Both the position numbers and the translations under genes were made by a program. From NCBI GenBank assembly GCA_036172245.1, contig JAYWIR010000059.1:434001-498000 (forward strand): a stretch of 64,000 nt of DNA, read 5' to 3'. The first letter of the stretch is position 1. Every line of letters begins with the position of its first letter. The DNA is from Raillietiella orientalis. Taxonomy: Eukaryota. Below are positions 39,601 through 50,100 of this stretch, piece by piece. The notes below the pieces were generated by a model. The model had not been told where the DNA came from and ran no database searches. It worked only from the letters and a program-made list of their open reading frames with translations.

Positions 39601-40868
39601 TTGGACGCTAACATTAAATTGAACATGTTGTAATCAGTAAACAGCAAAACACCTTCTTTCGAGCCGAAAATGTACGTAGTGTTTTTCATTTTGATGAACA
39701 GAAACTATTTCTACGAGTCTAAGCTAGATATTTCGTTGCTGGCCTAGTCACGTAAGCCAGCATACAATGTGTCAATCAAAACTGCCGGTTATTCATTATT
39801 ATACAGTGTAGAGTAAATCTGGTATTTCTCTGAGAGATTTATTTGTTAGGGAATTACCATAAGCACATAATTTGGAAGACAACATACTTTTATTCGTTAG
39901 AGGAACTTAATAAATAATTATTAATTCCACACTACCAGAATTCACATCATTCTTCGTAATACGAACAGAATGAATGAACAAAAACAAAATATTTGTGCTC
40001 ACACGTGCTCATTTAACAGAGTGAATGTATGAAAAATATTTGTTTTTGGCTTCTTTTGAATAAATTTTGCAAGCAAAAGTTACGCAAAGCTACTAAGGCG
40101 CTAGCTATACAAAAGTCACACCTGCAAAGCTAGTTTTAAAAAGGTACAAAGAGAATAACAATAGTTCAGTTTGGAAGTAGTGTTGCATTTTTCATCGAGA
40201 ATTAGTAGATCAGATTATTCATTTTTAATGCATTTTGTTCAAAAAACTAAAACAAAAACTCTTTTCCATATTTTCTTCACATGTTAAAATACAAGCAATG
40301 AGTAACCACACATTTCCATCTACATCGTGTTCTTACACCGAAAACGCAACACACTCCTCCTGCGGAAACTCACGTATGCTTGAGGTGTTTCAAATTATAC
40401 AGGGTGAGCATTTTATCAATCTTTTTATTAAGCTGCCTTCTATGATGCCACTTTCTCCATTATTCATTTATAATTCCCAAGGAGTTTGGTAATAGTGTTT
40501 GTAAAAAAAATCAAGTCCTGTCGAAGTGGTTTGGAGTGTAATGAATCTTGTAACCACGGGTTGACTAGTATTTAAACATTTAATGTTCTGAAAACTTCAT
40601 AAAAACTTGTAAATTAATAACGTAAATCGGAATGCAAATCGGAACCTAAATTAAAACTTGCTTTAGATTTCGCTTTAGTTTCACTTTCCTAAGCATCAAC
40701 TTTGCAAAAAATAATCGTACATCCGTGATTTAACCCCAAATATAATTTCAGGCATATCAATCGTTATATACAAATTGCTCATACTGCGACTGGACTTAAG
40801 CGCACTGGATTTACGCGCTGAGAGCTTGTGCTATTTGTTGCATAACTTATTCCAGTAGGCATCATAAG

Positions 40869-41238
40869 ATGTTTACTACTATCCGAACCTCACAAACATG
40901 TCTCTCAAGCATCCAGCGTATTGTTAATAGGCAACTTTGCAAAATGCAAGGTAATGGCACTGCTGATTTAAAAAATAAAGCTACAAATGTTCTATTTGTT
41001 CAGAAGCAAAACAGTAAGGATTTTGGCAAGTCAGATTATGAACAATTGCAGCATCACACTGATATATCCCATTTCAGGGACAGCACTCCAACAAGGAAGT
41101 GATCAACAAATTGAAAACCCTTTACCACCATGGCCCAATGATATTAATCCAAGTACAGGAGAAATTGGAGGGCCACGGGGTCCAGAACCCACTCGTTATG
41201 GTGACTGGGAACGAAAAGGTCGGGTAACAGATTTCTAA
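40869..41238 (+). CDS. SDHAF4: Succinate dehydrogenase assembly factor 4, mitochondrial (Sdh8/DUF1674 family), ~80 aa in the simplest 2-exon model
   Basis: The C-terminus [30 protein letters not shown] is the hallmark SDHAF4/DUF1674 motif. Simplest model: exon 40869-40950 ([30 protein letters not shown]-rich with no acidic residues, like a mitochondrial presequence), intron 40951-41077 (GTAATG..tttcag), exon 41078-41238 in frame. Internal exon structure is uncertain. Confidence 0.92.
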
Positions 41239-42050
41239 TGGACCAAACGAGACAAGGAAAGAGCATCACGTAACATATAATCACGTAATGCCCAGAGTAG
41301 TTCTACTACATCTGTTTCTCGAGTATTCCCCAGCCAGTGATTGGGAAGTTTGCTGGGATCAGGGGGATTGGAAACAGTTTCTCTTGTAGCAGTGAAAGTT
41401 TTCTCCCAGTCTGAAATATGACGGTGGTCTCCTGATAAGTTTTCTATATAACGTATATATGCTTCTGAATGCAAGAGTCGCTGTGTGTGGGGAGGAGTTC
41501 CCACAAACATGGGTTCCTGACAACTAGAGTCAGTCACAGCAGTGTTTATAGGCTGGGCCTGAAATGCTGGCATTGTAGATTGCTGGGTGAGCTGGGAATT
41601 TTGACGACGAGAAGGTACAAAATGCCGACCACGATCTTGAGGCAAAATGTACTTGGGAGCTGCTTTCTGAACATGGACTTCACGTACATGACGAACTAGG
41701 CGTTGCACATTAGGGAAAGGTGGCATATTTTTCTTGATACGCCCACAACTGCGCCACAAGCACTGAAAATTTCCATCTGTAGCATTACCATATGCTTGAA
41801 ATACATGCCCTGTGGGATCTGATAGCAAGTGATCAGCATAATCAATGAGCTCTTCAAATTGGAATGAACAACCATTCCAGCTACACTCATAAACAGGTTC
41901 TGCACCAGAAGGGATGGAACTTGACCAACTAGCAGCAGGAGAGCCAGGAGCTATCTCTCCTGCAGCTTCTTTTTGGGCAGCTACCTCCTCATTCATTTTT
42001 TGTGCACGGTCTTCATATTCCCTCTTATTAGGATCAGGTAAATTTCGCCA
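41235..42050 (-). CDS. PBRM1: PBRM1 exon 12 (HMG end, two C2H2 fingers, conserved C-terminus, stop)
   Basis: tttag acceptor; [20 protein letters not shown]...ECSWNGC...H...QCLWRSC...HVREVH...[16 protein letters not shown] at 41237-41235. Confidence 0.95.
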   Translation of the reverse strand, partial: WRNLPDPNKREYEDRAQKMNEEVAAQKEAAGEIAPGSPAASWSSSIPSGAEPVYECSWNGCSFQFEELIDYADHLLSDPTGHVFQAYGNATDGNFQCLWRSCGRIKKNMPPFPNVQRLVRHVREVHVQKAAPKYILPQDRGRHFVPSRRQNSQLTQQSTMPAFQAQPINTAVTDSSCQEPMFVGTPPHTQRLLHSEAYIRYIENLSGDHRHISDWEKTFTATRETVSNPPDPSKLPNHWLGNTRETDVVELLWALRDYMLRDALSLSRLVH

Positions 42051-45000
42051 CTAAAACACTATAACGAAACATTAGTGCACAGTCTACTTACTTCTGTTCC
42101 AACTATCCGGCTAATTTCTCCAAAGTTTGCATCTGGGTTTCGAACTACTACTGATTTGCGAACCTCACTAGAAAAGAGAATGTAGCCTGTCACCATCTTC
42201 TTGGAACCAAGTTTCATCTGCAATGAACACATCCCATGTTGCACAAGCCAATGCCACACTACCTTCTTAGTAGATGGAGGAACTGATAGCAAACTACTGT
42301 CAGTTACACCAGCACCCAATTGTGGTTCATCCAATGAATCATCAGCTTCTGTCACATCTGATATACCAATATTAGGTAAATTGGGTGAAGGTTCTCGTTG
42401 AGGATGAACTGGTTTTCGAAAATAATATAACTCATCTGGCTGTACTGCTGATGAATGCACATATTCTTTCAGACTTCCTGGTGGCAGTCGACGCATCTGC
42501 CGCTTTGCTTCATCATACAGTGATTCACACACATACACCTGTTCTTCTGGTATTTCTGTGGGCCGGAGTGATACATATTTATTATATTCAAGTACAGCAC
42601 AGCGACCAGTCACTGCTAGTAATGGATTTGTATCTTCAATGGATGACAAAAATAATTCTTGTTTGTAGAACATGCGTGTGGGTGAATGTGGTACTTCTTG
42701 AGGTGACACAAACCATGGACCTTGAAAGTACGCTACTCCAGTTTCCCGGGAGACCCACATTGCTTCAATTTGAGCAACCAATTGTTTGCCTTGTTCAGTT
42801 TGCACATACACACAATCACCAACGCGAAGTGCACCCCACTGCAAGTTATACTGTTCATAATAAGTACGTGAAGGCTCTCCATCAACTTTTAGCATTTCAA
42901 CATTCTAAAAAATCAAAGTGAATCTTTTTTGTTCATCCAACATACCCTTACTGGTCGAGGCTTGTCCGTTATACGCACATCCAATTCATCATCATCACGA
43001 GATGGATCATGATCCTTTTCTGCTAACGTCTTGAATACAGATGCAATGCGTCGAGGCTCTAATGGCACTTCTCTTGGCACTAAACGCAGTTCTGCACCAT
43101 GCTGCATAGCAACAGTGTTGCTTTTTAATTTGACGAAGCTTCGTGAGCGACTGCTGTATCGAGATTCACATACATAAACATCCGCATCATTAAATCCATC
43201 TGGGCGGTTTCGGAAAAAGTCGCGGACAAACAATACTGCACAGCGACCAACCACAGAAGACAATGGCATACATGAATGCACATCAGTCTTAAACACTTCT
43301 TTCTCAAGAAATTTTCTAGTAGGTAAATGATAAGTCTCAGTTGGATGGTAATACCATCTGCCATACAAAGTTGGCTCACCCCTAGCCTCTTCTCTACTCA
43401 AAAGGCGTTCAATTTGAATGATATGTGGGGGTTTGTTGCGATCTTGTGGTTCAACATACACAAATTCACCTGGCTGATATGTCTGCTGATTATATGTTAA
43501 TGATATTAGTGGCACAAAAGGTGAGGGGAGCATAGGAGATGGTGATGATGATGACTGCTCATCAAATGATTTCATACTGTCCGCATCATCTTCCCGAGAT
43601 GCTTTTTCTTGTTTAGTCATTTCTACTTCAGCTAACACTCGTTCAGCAGTATACTGAAGTGCTGGACTACTGAGAACAGCTCCTCCGCGACACAATTCAT
43701 CTCGAGTTCGTACTAAGTGAAGCTGCATTTCCAATGAGTCCTCAAATACTTGTGAATCTACACGAGAAAGGGCTCGAGCACGTCTGAATACTGTGAACAT
43801 ATCCATCTGTAAATGATCCAAGCGTTTATATATTCCTCGATCCAAATGTCTTTTTATCAGATCCAAAGAGAAACCAGGGATACGAGTACCTCCTGGCCCT
43901 TCATCGTATTCAGGCAACTCTGCAAGAGAATCTGAGTAGCATCGGCCATCTACATCACAGTGATTATAAACTGCAGCAAACAAAGATGTTAGCAGTTCCT
44001 GGACTGCACCTGACACATCTGGAACACTTTCTTCATCTTGTTGTAGTTGCAACTTTGTCTGTAAAGCTAGCCGTTGCAATGTGAGGGCATCCTTATAAAT
44101 ATGTGAATCTGGTTCATTGTACTTGCATGCATTATCAAACATCAAGACAAAGTCTGACAACAATTCATCCAGAGATTCATATGTACCAGCCCGCAGCCGA
44201 CTGTAAATGCGTTCTAAATCAATAGGGCGACGAATTACTTCGTAGTAATCAGGATACTCTGATCGGGAGGGCAGTTTCATGAAAATAGCAGACAACTGAC
44301 GACCTCGTGCATCTTTGTAATCACGAAGGGTTTCATAAAGTGCCAGCAACTTTGGATTGGGAACAGCCCGACGGTACTTTCGCTTGCCACATGTTGGTTC
44401 TTTAATTCGCTCAATCATTAGTCTTTCTAGAGTATCAGCATCTTGATAAATTAGGGAACTTTCTTCATTGTATTGCCGACAATTACAAAACATGCGCCGC
44501 AAATCGGCCACCAATTCTTCTTCTGAAGAATATTTGTCATGACGAATGTTTTGTTCAATTGTTGCCATGTCAATGGGTTCAGCAATGATCTGATAATAAT
44601 CAGGATACTGCTTACGAGAAGGCTTTTCTAAAAAAGCTGTGATCAACTGTCGACCTTGCTCGTCTCGATAGTCCATCAACAATCGAAACAAGGAACGCAA
44701 TCTTTTTTTAAGGTCCGCATCCGGAAGATAACCAGTTTCAGCACGTGTGTGGGAGCCCTTTAAACGTGGTCGATACACACCGCGCCTTACTTTCCCATCA
44801 GGCACATCATCACTATCATTTTCCTGCAGTATGCTTTCACATGTGTCCATACTGATGTAAATACTCACCCTGTCTGAATCAAGGAGCTCCTGCAACTTGT
44901 TCTGCATTACCCGATGCAGTTTGATGGCATCCTAGTGTTTCTAGTTGTTTTTTGGGGTACATATTGATTTTCATAGACTTACCTTATATAAACGTGAATC

Positions 45001-47103
45001 TGGTCGATTATAATGTTTAGCATTCTGGAACATGACCACTAGATCTTCTGCTAACTCCAACAAAGTAGGATAAGTGCCTTTCTGAAATGCAATCACAAGA
45101 GATATAACATACTCACTCTCTTATTTACCAGAATTTTACTGCGAATTTGCGACAGGGAGATTGGAGTAGCAATTTCTTTGTAGTAATCTGGATACCTACG
45201 CTTGGAAGGAAGCCTCAAGAATGGCTCACTCAGCTGATAACCTAATATGAAAGATTAAATATAGCTCACAAAATACCAAACTACCTTGTGAGGAGGTATA
45301 ATTACGAACTGTTTCATACAGTTGCCACTGTGGATGACTGGCTTCCTCTTCATCAGGATCATCTTCTTCCTCTCCATCATCTTTGTCTTCTTCTTCTTCC
45401 TCTCCATCATCATCAGCAGCAGCGTTTCGATCTTCTTCCAAACTATAAACATCATCAACACCTTCACTGTCTTCATTTTCATAGCTCAGAGCTGCCACAG
45501 TTGCTGACATACACACAGTACCACCTTTGCGTCTTGAACGAATTCTTTCACTACATTTGCCAGCTCCATGATGACTATGTTCAATTTCCAATTTTTTGCT
45601 CTGCACAAGTTTGCGCAGAGCTCTTGCATCTCGATAAATCTTGGATCCAGGCTCATTAAAGGTACATGCATTACGAGCCAGCAGCAATAAATCTTGCTCC
45701 AGATCATCAAGATGACGATATTCACCAGCTTGAAGTTTGGTAGCAATCATTTTCAAATCAATTGGGTGCTCAATCACTTGATAGTAATCAGGGTAGCGCT
45801 AGACAATACCAGAATAAAACTCAAAAACTGAGGTCCCAACCTTTCTTGATGGAAGAAGCTGAAAATCAGTACTTAGTGGCTGGCCCTCTGCATTTGTGCC
45901 CATCATAACAGCTGCAAACAACTCTTCTAACATGCTCTCATCTTCAGACATTTCCTGGACAGGGGATAATTCAGGAGGAGCCATAGCCTGCTTGGTCTGT
46001 ACATCAAAATTTGCATAATGTAGAACAAAAATTCAAAGAATTAAACCCACCCAAAGACCCTCAAAAAAGCAACAGTTCATAAAAAACATGCAATTTTTCT
46101 TCAAAGTTGCATGTTTAGACACATTAGATTCACAAGTAATTCCTGTGTGGCATTATTGATTAGACTTTCATGCTTTATGTTGGATGCTTCTTTGACTTAC
46201 AAGTTTCCCCATTCGAAGAATGATTTTTCCCTTATAATCTGGATTTCCTTCAGGACTCTCACGCATCTCTTCAGCCACTAAGTGTTGCTTGGCCTCCACA
46301 AACAAATCCCACAAATCACAAGCATCCTTGTATTCTTGTGATGTGCTCTATGGACTCAAATGCTGAGAACTTCATCAGCAGAAACACGCACCTTACCGGA
46401 AAATAAGTTTTTGCATTGTTTACCATAAGATCAATGTCATTAGTCATCTGATCGACACTCTCATATTCATCAGTCCTTATTTTTTGTTGAATTCTCAACA
46501 AATCTATGGGACTAGAAACTAATTCATAATAATCTGGAAAATTTCTTCTCTTTGGAGCCCGAATAAAGGACTCACAAAGCAACCTGCCCTCATCTGTTTT
46601 GAAATTTCGAATCGTTTCGTATAATTCATGACAATGTTCAATCTGAAATGAAAAGTATTTAGCTCAAATGTAACTTATAGTAAAATCGAAACCAATTGAA
46701 AAAACAATCTTCTGGCCCAGCATGGCCTAGATTTAAGTATCAGAGATGATTCTTTAAATAATAGCAATCTACCTTCAAAAATTTATGGGTTAATTTATGG
46801 GTACATTTATCGATTCCTAAGCACTTGATAAATCAGGTGAAAATGATTTCCTTATTCCCATTATAAAGAGAAAATTTTGGTGCGATAGCAGTGCACATTT
46901 AATCATCTAACTGATGGTCAGATAAGAGAAAACCGAATTCACTTTTCGGGCATGCATACGTGTAGTAAAAAACGTCTATGGATGATATGTCTCAAATTAC
47001 TTACAGGATCATGCTTTTTCTTTTTCCTAGTAGTTTCAAAAATACCATCATCCAGAGAACCATCGGAATGGGCAAAAGACAGAGATTTTTTATGCTTTGG
47101 CAT
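41235..47103 (-). CDS. PBRM1: Polybromo-1 / BAF180 (PBAF/PBAP SWI/SNF subunit), complete 12-exon gene, ~1630 aa
   Basis: Manual splicing with GT-AG introns gives one continuous frame. Exons in transcript order: 47103-47005, 46642-46397, 46347-46201, 45996-45841, 45798-45285, 45241-45129, 45081-44983, 44931-44869, 44823-42952, 42904-42263, 42217-42092, 42050-41235 (4893 nt incl. TAG). Six bromodomain repeats (PDYY..I..PIDL motifs in the first five), two BAH domains (GEFVYV..W..HP.ET; GDCVYV..GPWFVSP), an HMG box ([28 protein letters not shown]), two C2H2-like fingers, and the conserved C-terminal [13 protein letters not shown] / LWALRDYML motifs. Confidence 0.97.
42092..42217 (-). CDS. PBRM1: PBRM1 exon 11 (HMG box, N-terminal part)
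   Basis: ttgcag acceptor; [21 protein letters not shown]...[17 protein letters not shown] donor. Confidence 0.88.
42263..42904 (-). CDS. PBRM1: PBRM1 exon 10 (BAH2)
   Basis: tttag acceptor; NVEMLKVDG...RVGDCVYV...[10 protein letters not shown]...PPSTKK. Confidence 0.92.
42952..44823 (-). CDS. PBRM1: PBRM1 exon 9 (bromodomains 4-6, BAH1)
   Basis: Core of the 664-aa ORF 42913..44907; ends at a GTAAGG donor. Confidence 0.95.
44869..44931 (-). CDS. PBRM1: PBRM1 exon 8
   Basis: [21 protein letters not shown], followed by the GTGAGT donor of a 45-nt stop-free intron (could be retained). Confidence 0.75.
44983..45081 (-). CDS. PBRM1: PBRM1 exon 7 (bromodomain 3)
   Basis: tttcag acceptor; [39 protein letters not shown] donor. 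Confidence 0.92.
45129..45241 (-). CDS. PBRM1: PBRM1 exon 6 (bromodomain 3)
   Basis: attag acceptor; [43 protein letters not shown] donor. Confidence 0.92.
45285..45798 (-). CDS. PBRM1: PBRM1 exon 5 (bromodomain 2, acidic linker, start of bromodomain 3)
   Basis: [15 protein letters not shown]...[10 protein letters not shown]...D/E-rich tract...[14 protein letters not shown]; phase 1 donor. Confidence 0.93.
45841..45996 (-). CDS. PBRM1: PBRM1 exon 4 (start of bromodomain 2)
   Basis: tacag acceptor; [10 protein letters not shown]...LEELFAAVM...[14 protein letters not shown] donor. Confidence 0.88.
46201..46347 (-). CDS. PBRM1: PBRM1 exon 3
   Basis: catag acceptor; [16 protein letters not shown]...[17 protein letters not shown] donor; 147 nt, phase 0/0. 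Confidence 0.88.
46397..46642 (-). CDS. PBRM1: PBRM1 exon 2 (bromodomain 1)
   Basis: tttcag acceptor; [14 protein letters not shown]...[13 protein letters not shown]...NAKTYFP; GTAAGG donor. Confidence 0.93.
47005..47103 (-). CDS. PBRM1: PBRM1 exon 1 (MPKHKK...RKKKKHDP; basic NLS-like)
   Basis: ATG at 47103, 33 codons, then a GTAAGT donor; phase 0 matches exon 2. Confidence 0.85.
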
Positions 47104-50100
47104 TAAAACAATTGAAAGATCACGTTTACATGAATTGATGGACTTCAAATTATTAATGTTTGAAAACCTTCTTTTCGTTTCAAACCAAATAAGGAATTAA
47201 ATATGTGAGTACTAGACATTGCCATCTTAAGTACTCAGGCAGGTAAATAACAACGTTAACATATACTTTGTCTTGCAGATCTCCATAACAATTTCGTTCG
47301 GATGCCTAACGCTGTGTAAATGTTGCCAAATAAGCTGTTAATTTTTCGAACCAATTGAACAAACGAACCTAATCATAGTTTGTAAAGCTTTAAATACAGA
47401 ATACAACTGGACAAAAAACAAAAGAGGAGAAAATGTGTATTAAAACAAGCTACTTTTTAACTTTTCTTTTTAATCTTAATTTTTACATACATTTTTTAAT
47501 AGTTTCCAACGCTCGAATCTCGCTTTTGATAGAACCTTGTTTTATGTTTGACATGAATGTCATCTTTCATGTTCAGCATAGATAAGGAATTTTTAATTAG
47601 TGGATTCTTTGTCTGCTGGTTATTTCTGTGCATTGAGTAAGTAGCAATTGTTCAAAAGATCTAATTAAAAAATATTTACATTCCTGACTTCATTTTATTC
47701 CTGGCTTGCATATACATTTATCCTTACATATTGTGTATTTGAAGCAGCCACTTTCTGTTCATCCAGTCAATTAAAGTATACAAGTGCGATAAATACTTGA
47801 GTTAGATAAAATAAGTTTCTAATACCTTGTTTCCCGTAACTGTTTTTCTTAATGAAATCTATCATCGCAAGGATTACACTCCAAGTCTGATTATAACAAG
47901 AAACACATTAGGAATTTGATAGGAAACGGAGCTCAATGCAATCATTCATGCATGTTATCTCTGTGCAATTTGTCCTTTACTACCGTGGCATATGCTGATA
48001 GTAAGGAAAAAAATGACAATCTATATCAAAACTCCTTCGTCACCCATCACATTTCATTGAATGTACGTTGAACTTCCAGTTTATTCCCAGGCCTAAATTA
48101 AAATTATGAGAATTTAGAATTCCTTTTGTTAAGAGCTTTTTAAAGTCTTCTAATGTTCTGAATGGCACATGATCTATGTGTACATAATTCCAGAAGCATT
48201 CAACAAGTTCAATTCAAATTTTGGATGAAGTAAAGAAGTATTTATAAACAGTTCTTGTTTTTATCTATAAAAAGTTTTATCATCATTAATACTGTAATTG
48301 GGTCTCACTTGAAATAGTACATTACAATATTGGATAGGAAAAATATTGTTATTTGAAAAGTATTTATGATAGGAACTCTGATTTTTGTTATGTCTTGTTA
48401 GAATGTATCCCAGTTGATCCTGCAGCGGAATTATTCGGCATGCAGCAAAGCATTCTCTGCCCTATTTATCCATGTAACAATCTTTTGATATTACATGTAG
48501 CCTTCACTCCATTTTGATAGAAAAAATTCATTATCATTTTAATCTTTGATGAACGTATGGGATAGAAGCAAATTAAGATACAATAACTCAATACAAGGAA
48601 TACGAATAAGTTAATAGTGAATCCGTTTAAAGAATTCAGCCATTCGTCGGAAATAAAAAATTTGAAAATTGGGGAAAATAATCTTTTCTTTAAATTGAGG
48701 ATGATTACGCTGGAAATTGCTAATCATTAACGGATGCTAGACATTTTCAACATTAATTTAGTTTTTATATCATAAACTCCGAAACTGCCCAGTGTGTTTT
48801 ACAGTTTTTATATATATTTAAATCACATGAAAGCAATATTTTAATGGTCTAAAACATCGAAGAATTTCAGCTACAGTCTGGGAATTAATATTGATAAATA
48901 TGGTTAAATTAACGATTACGTTTCGCTATGTTACTTCAGTTTAACAGACAGCCTAGTTTACTGAATACTGAGTTTTCATGAAATTTAAGAGGACTCAACT
49001 GCTTGATTAAAGCAGATGATATGAGCTTCCTGATCCTACAGGTACTAATACTGTCAAATATAAATTAGGCCGATTTATTATGATAAATGAATCTTATGTT
49101 ATGGTTAGAAGTTAAAAGAAATGGATGCGATGAGATTTCTGTTACTTATTTTTTGGAGTCAAGAGACTGAGTAAGTGGAAATACAATATAGCAATCAATG
49201 ATTCATTCCATCACTGGCTTCAGTTTCTCATTGAGTCTTACAACTATTACTTTGATCGTGAATAGGAAATCATGGTAGGGAATGTTGCTGATTCTTCCAT
49301 GGGTCTTAATATAACTGAATTCTGGGAAGTGACAGAAAGATTGTGCCATAAACGGTTCTCTGAGAGAAGAAACCATCTATGTTGCTATTCATACTGGTAA
49401 TTAATCTGCTCGCTTAACTTTGCCACAGGTGAAAACAATTTTTAATTGAGACGTTATTCAGAACTCAATTTTATCTATCATATAACTAAATCATGTCTTC
49501 TCTTGCTGTTTTGACATTCTGGAATCTTCAGTGGGGATCACTGATTTTTCCACTAAAAAAAACATCTTTAGCTATCAATACTTTGTGTAAGGAAACATGA
49601 AATCAGAAAAGCTCAGGTTCCAAATTCAGACATCGTACTGATAATTTTTCAGATATGATGGCAAGTTGATGTAATATTCATGTCGTGTCTTGGACTCTTT
49701 TCAAGATTTATTGTCTAACTTTTTCTTCACTCTTGAGATTCCTCAAAAGCACCGTAGTTTTCTTCTTATTTCTGAGTGGCAAATTACTGTCTCATATCTT
49801 CACAATCATGGAAAAAGAAAAGAATGATGTTCATTTGTAGCTTACTCTTCAAAAGTTGAATTTTAAAATCTTACTCAGTTCTGAGTTCTTTAGTCTCAAA
49901 AAGTCCAATACCAAAAGTCAATTAAATTCCTGTGTATCTCTTCAGCAAATTTTCTTGGTTCTACCTCGATTCAGATTATGTAACGCGTTTCAGACCACTT
50001 TTTTTTTCTAGAAGATGCATCCAATGGTCTACTCTTCGACTTAGTGCAGCCTAAAGTCAAAGGACCCTAATGTAATGGAGTGTACCCATATGTATTCTGT

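Noticed and set aside
42385..42921. 178-aa + strand ORF and other ORFs antisense to or frame-shifted within PBRM1 (e.g. 45288..45659)
   Set aside because: Shadow ORFs produced by the codon structure of the PBRM1 exons
47205..47278. + strand GT..AG pairs just upstream of the PBRM1 ATG, suggesting a divergent spliced transcript
   Set aside because: The implied introns are ~34-36 nt with a 4-nt exon and no ORF follows; unsupported without RNA data
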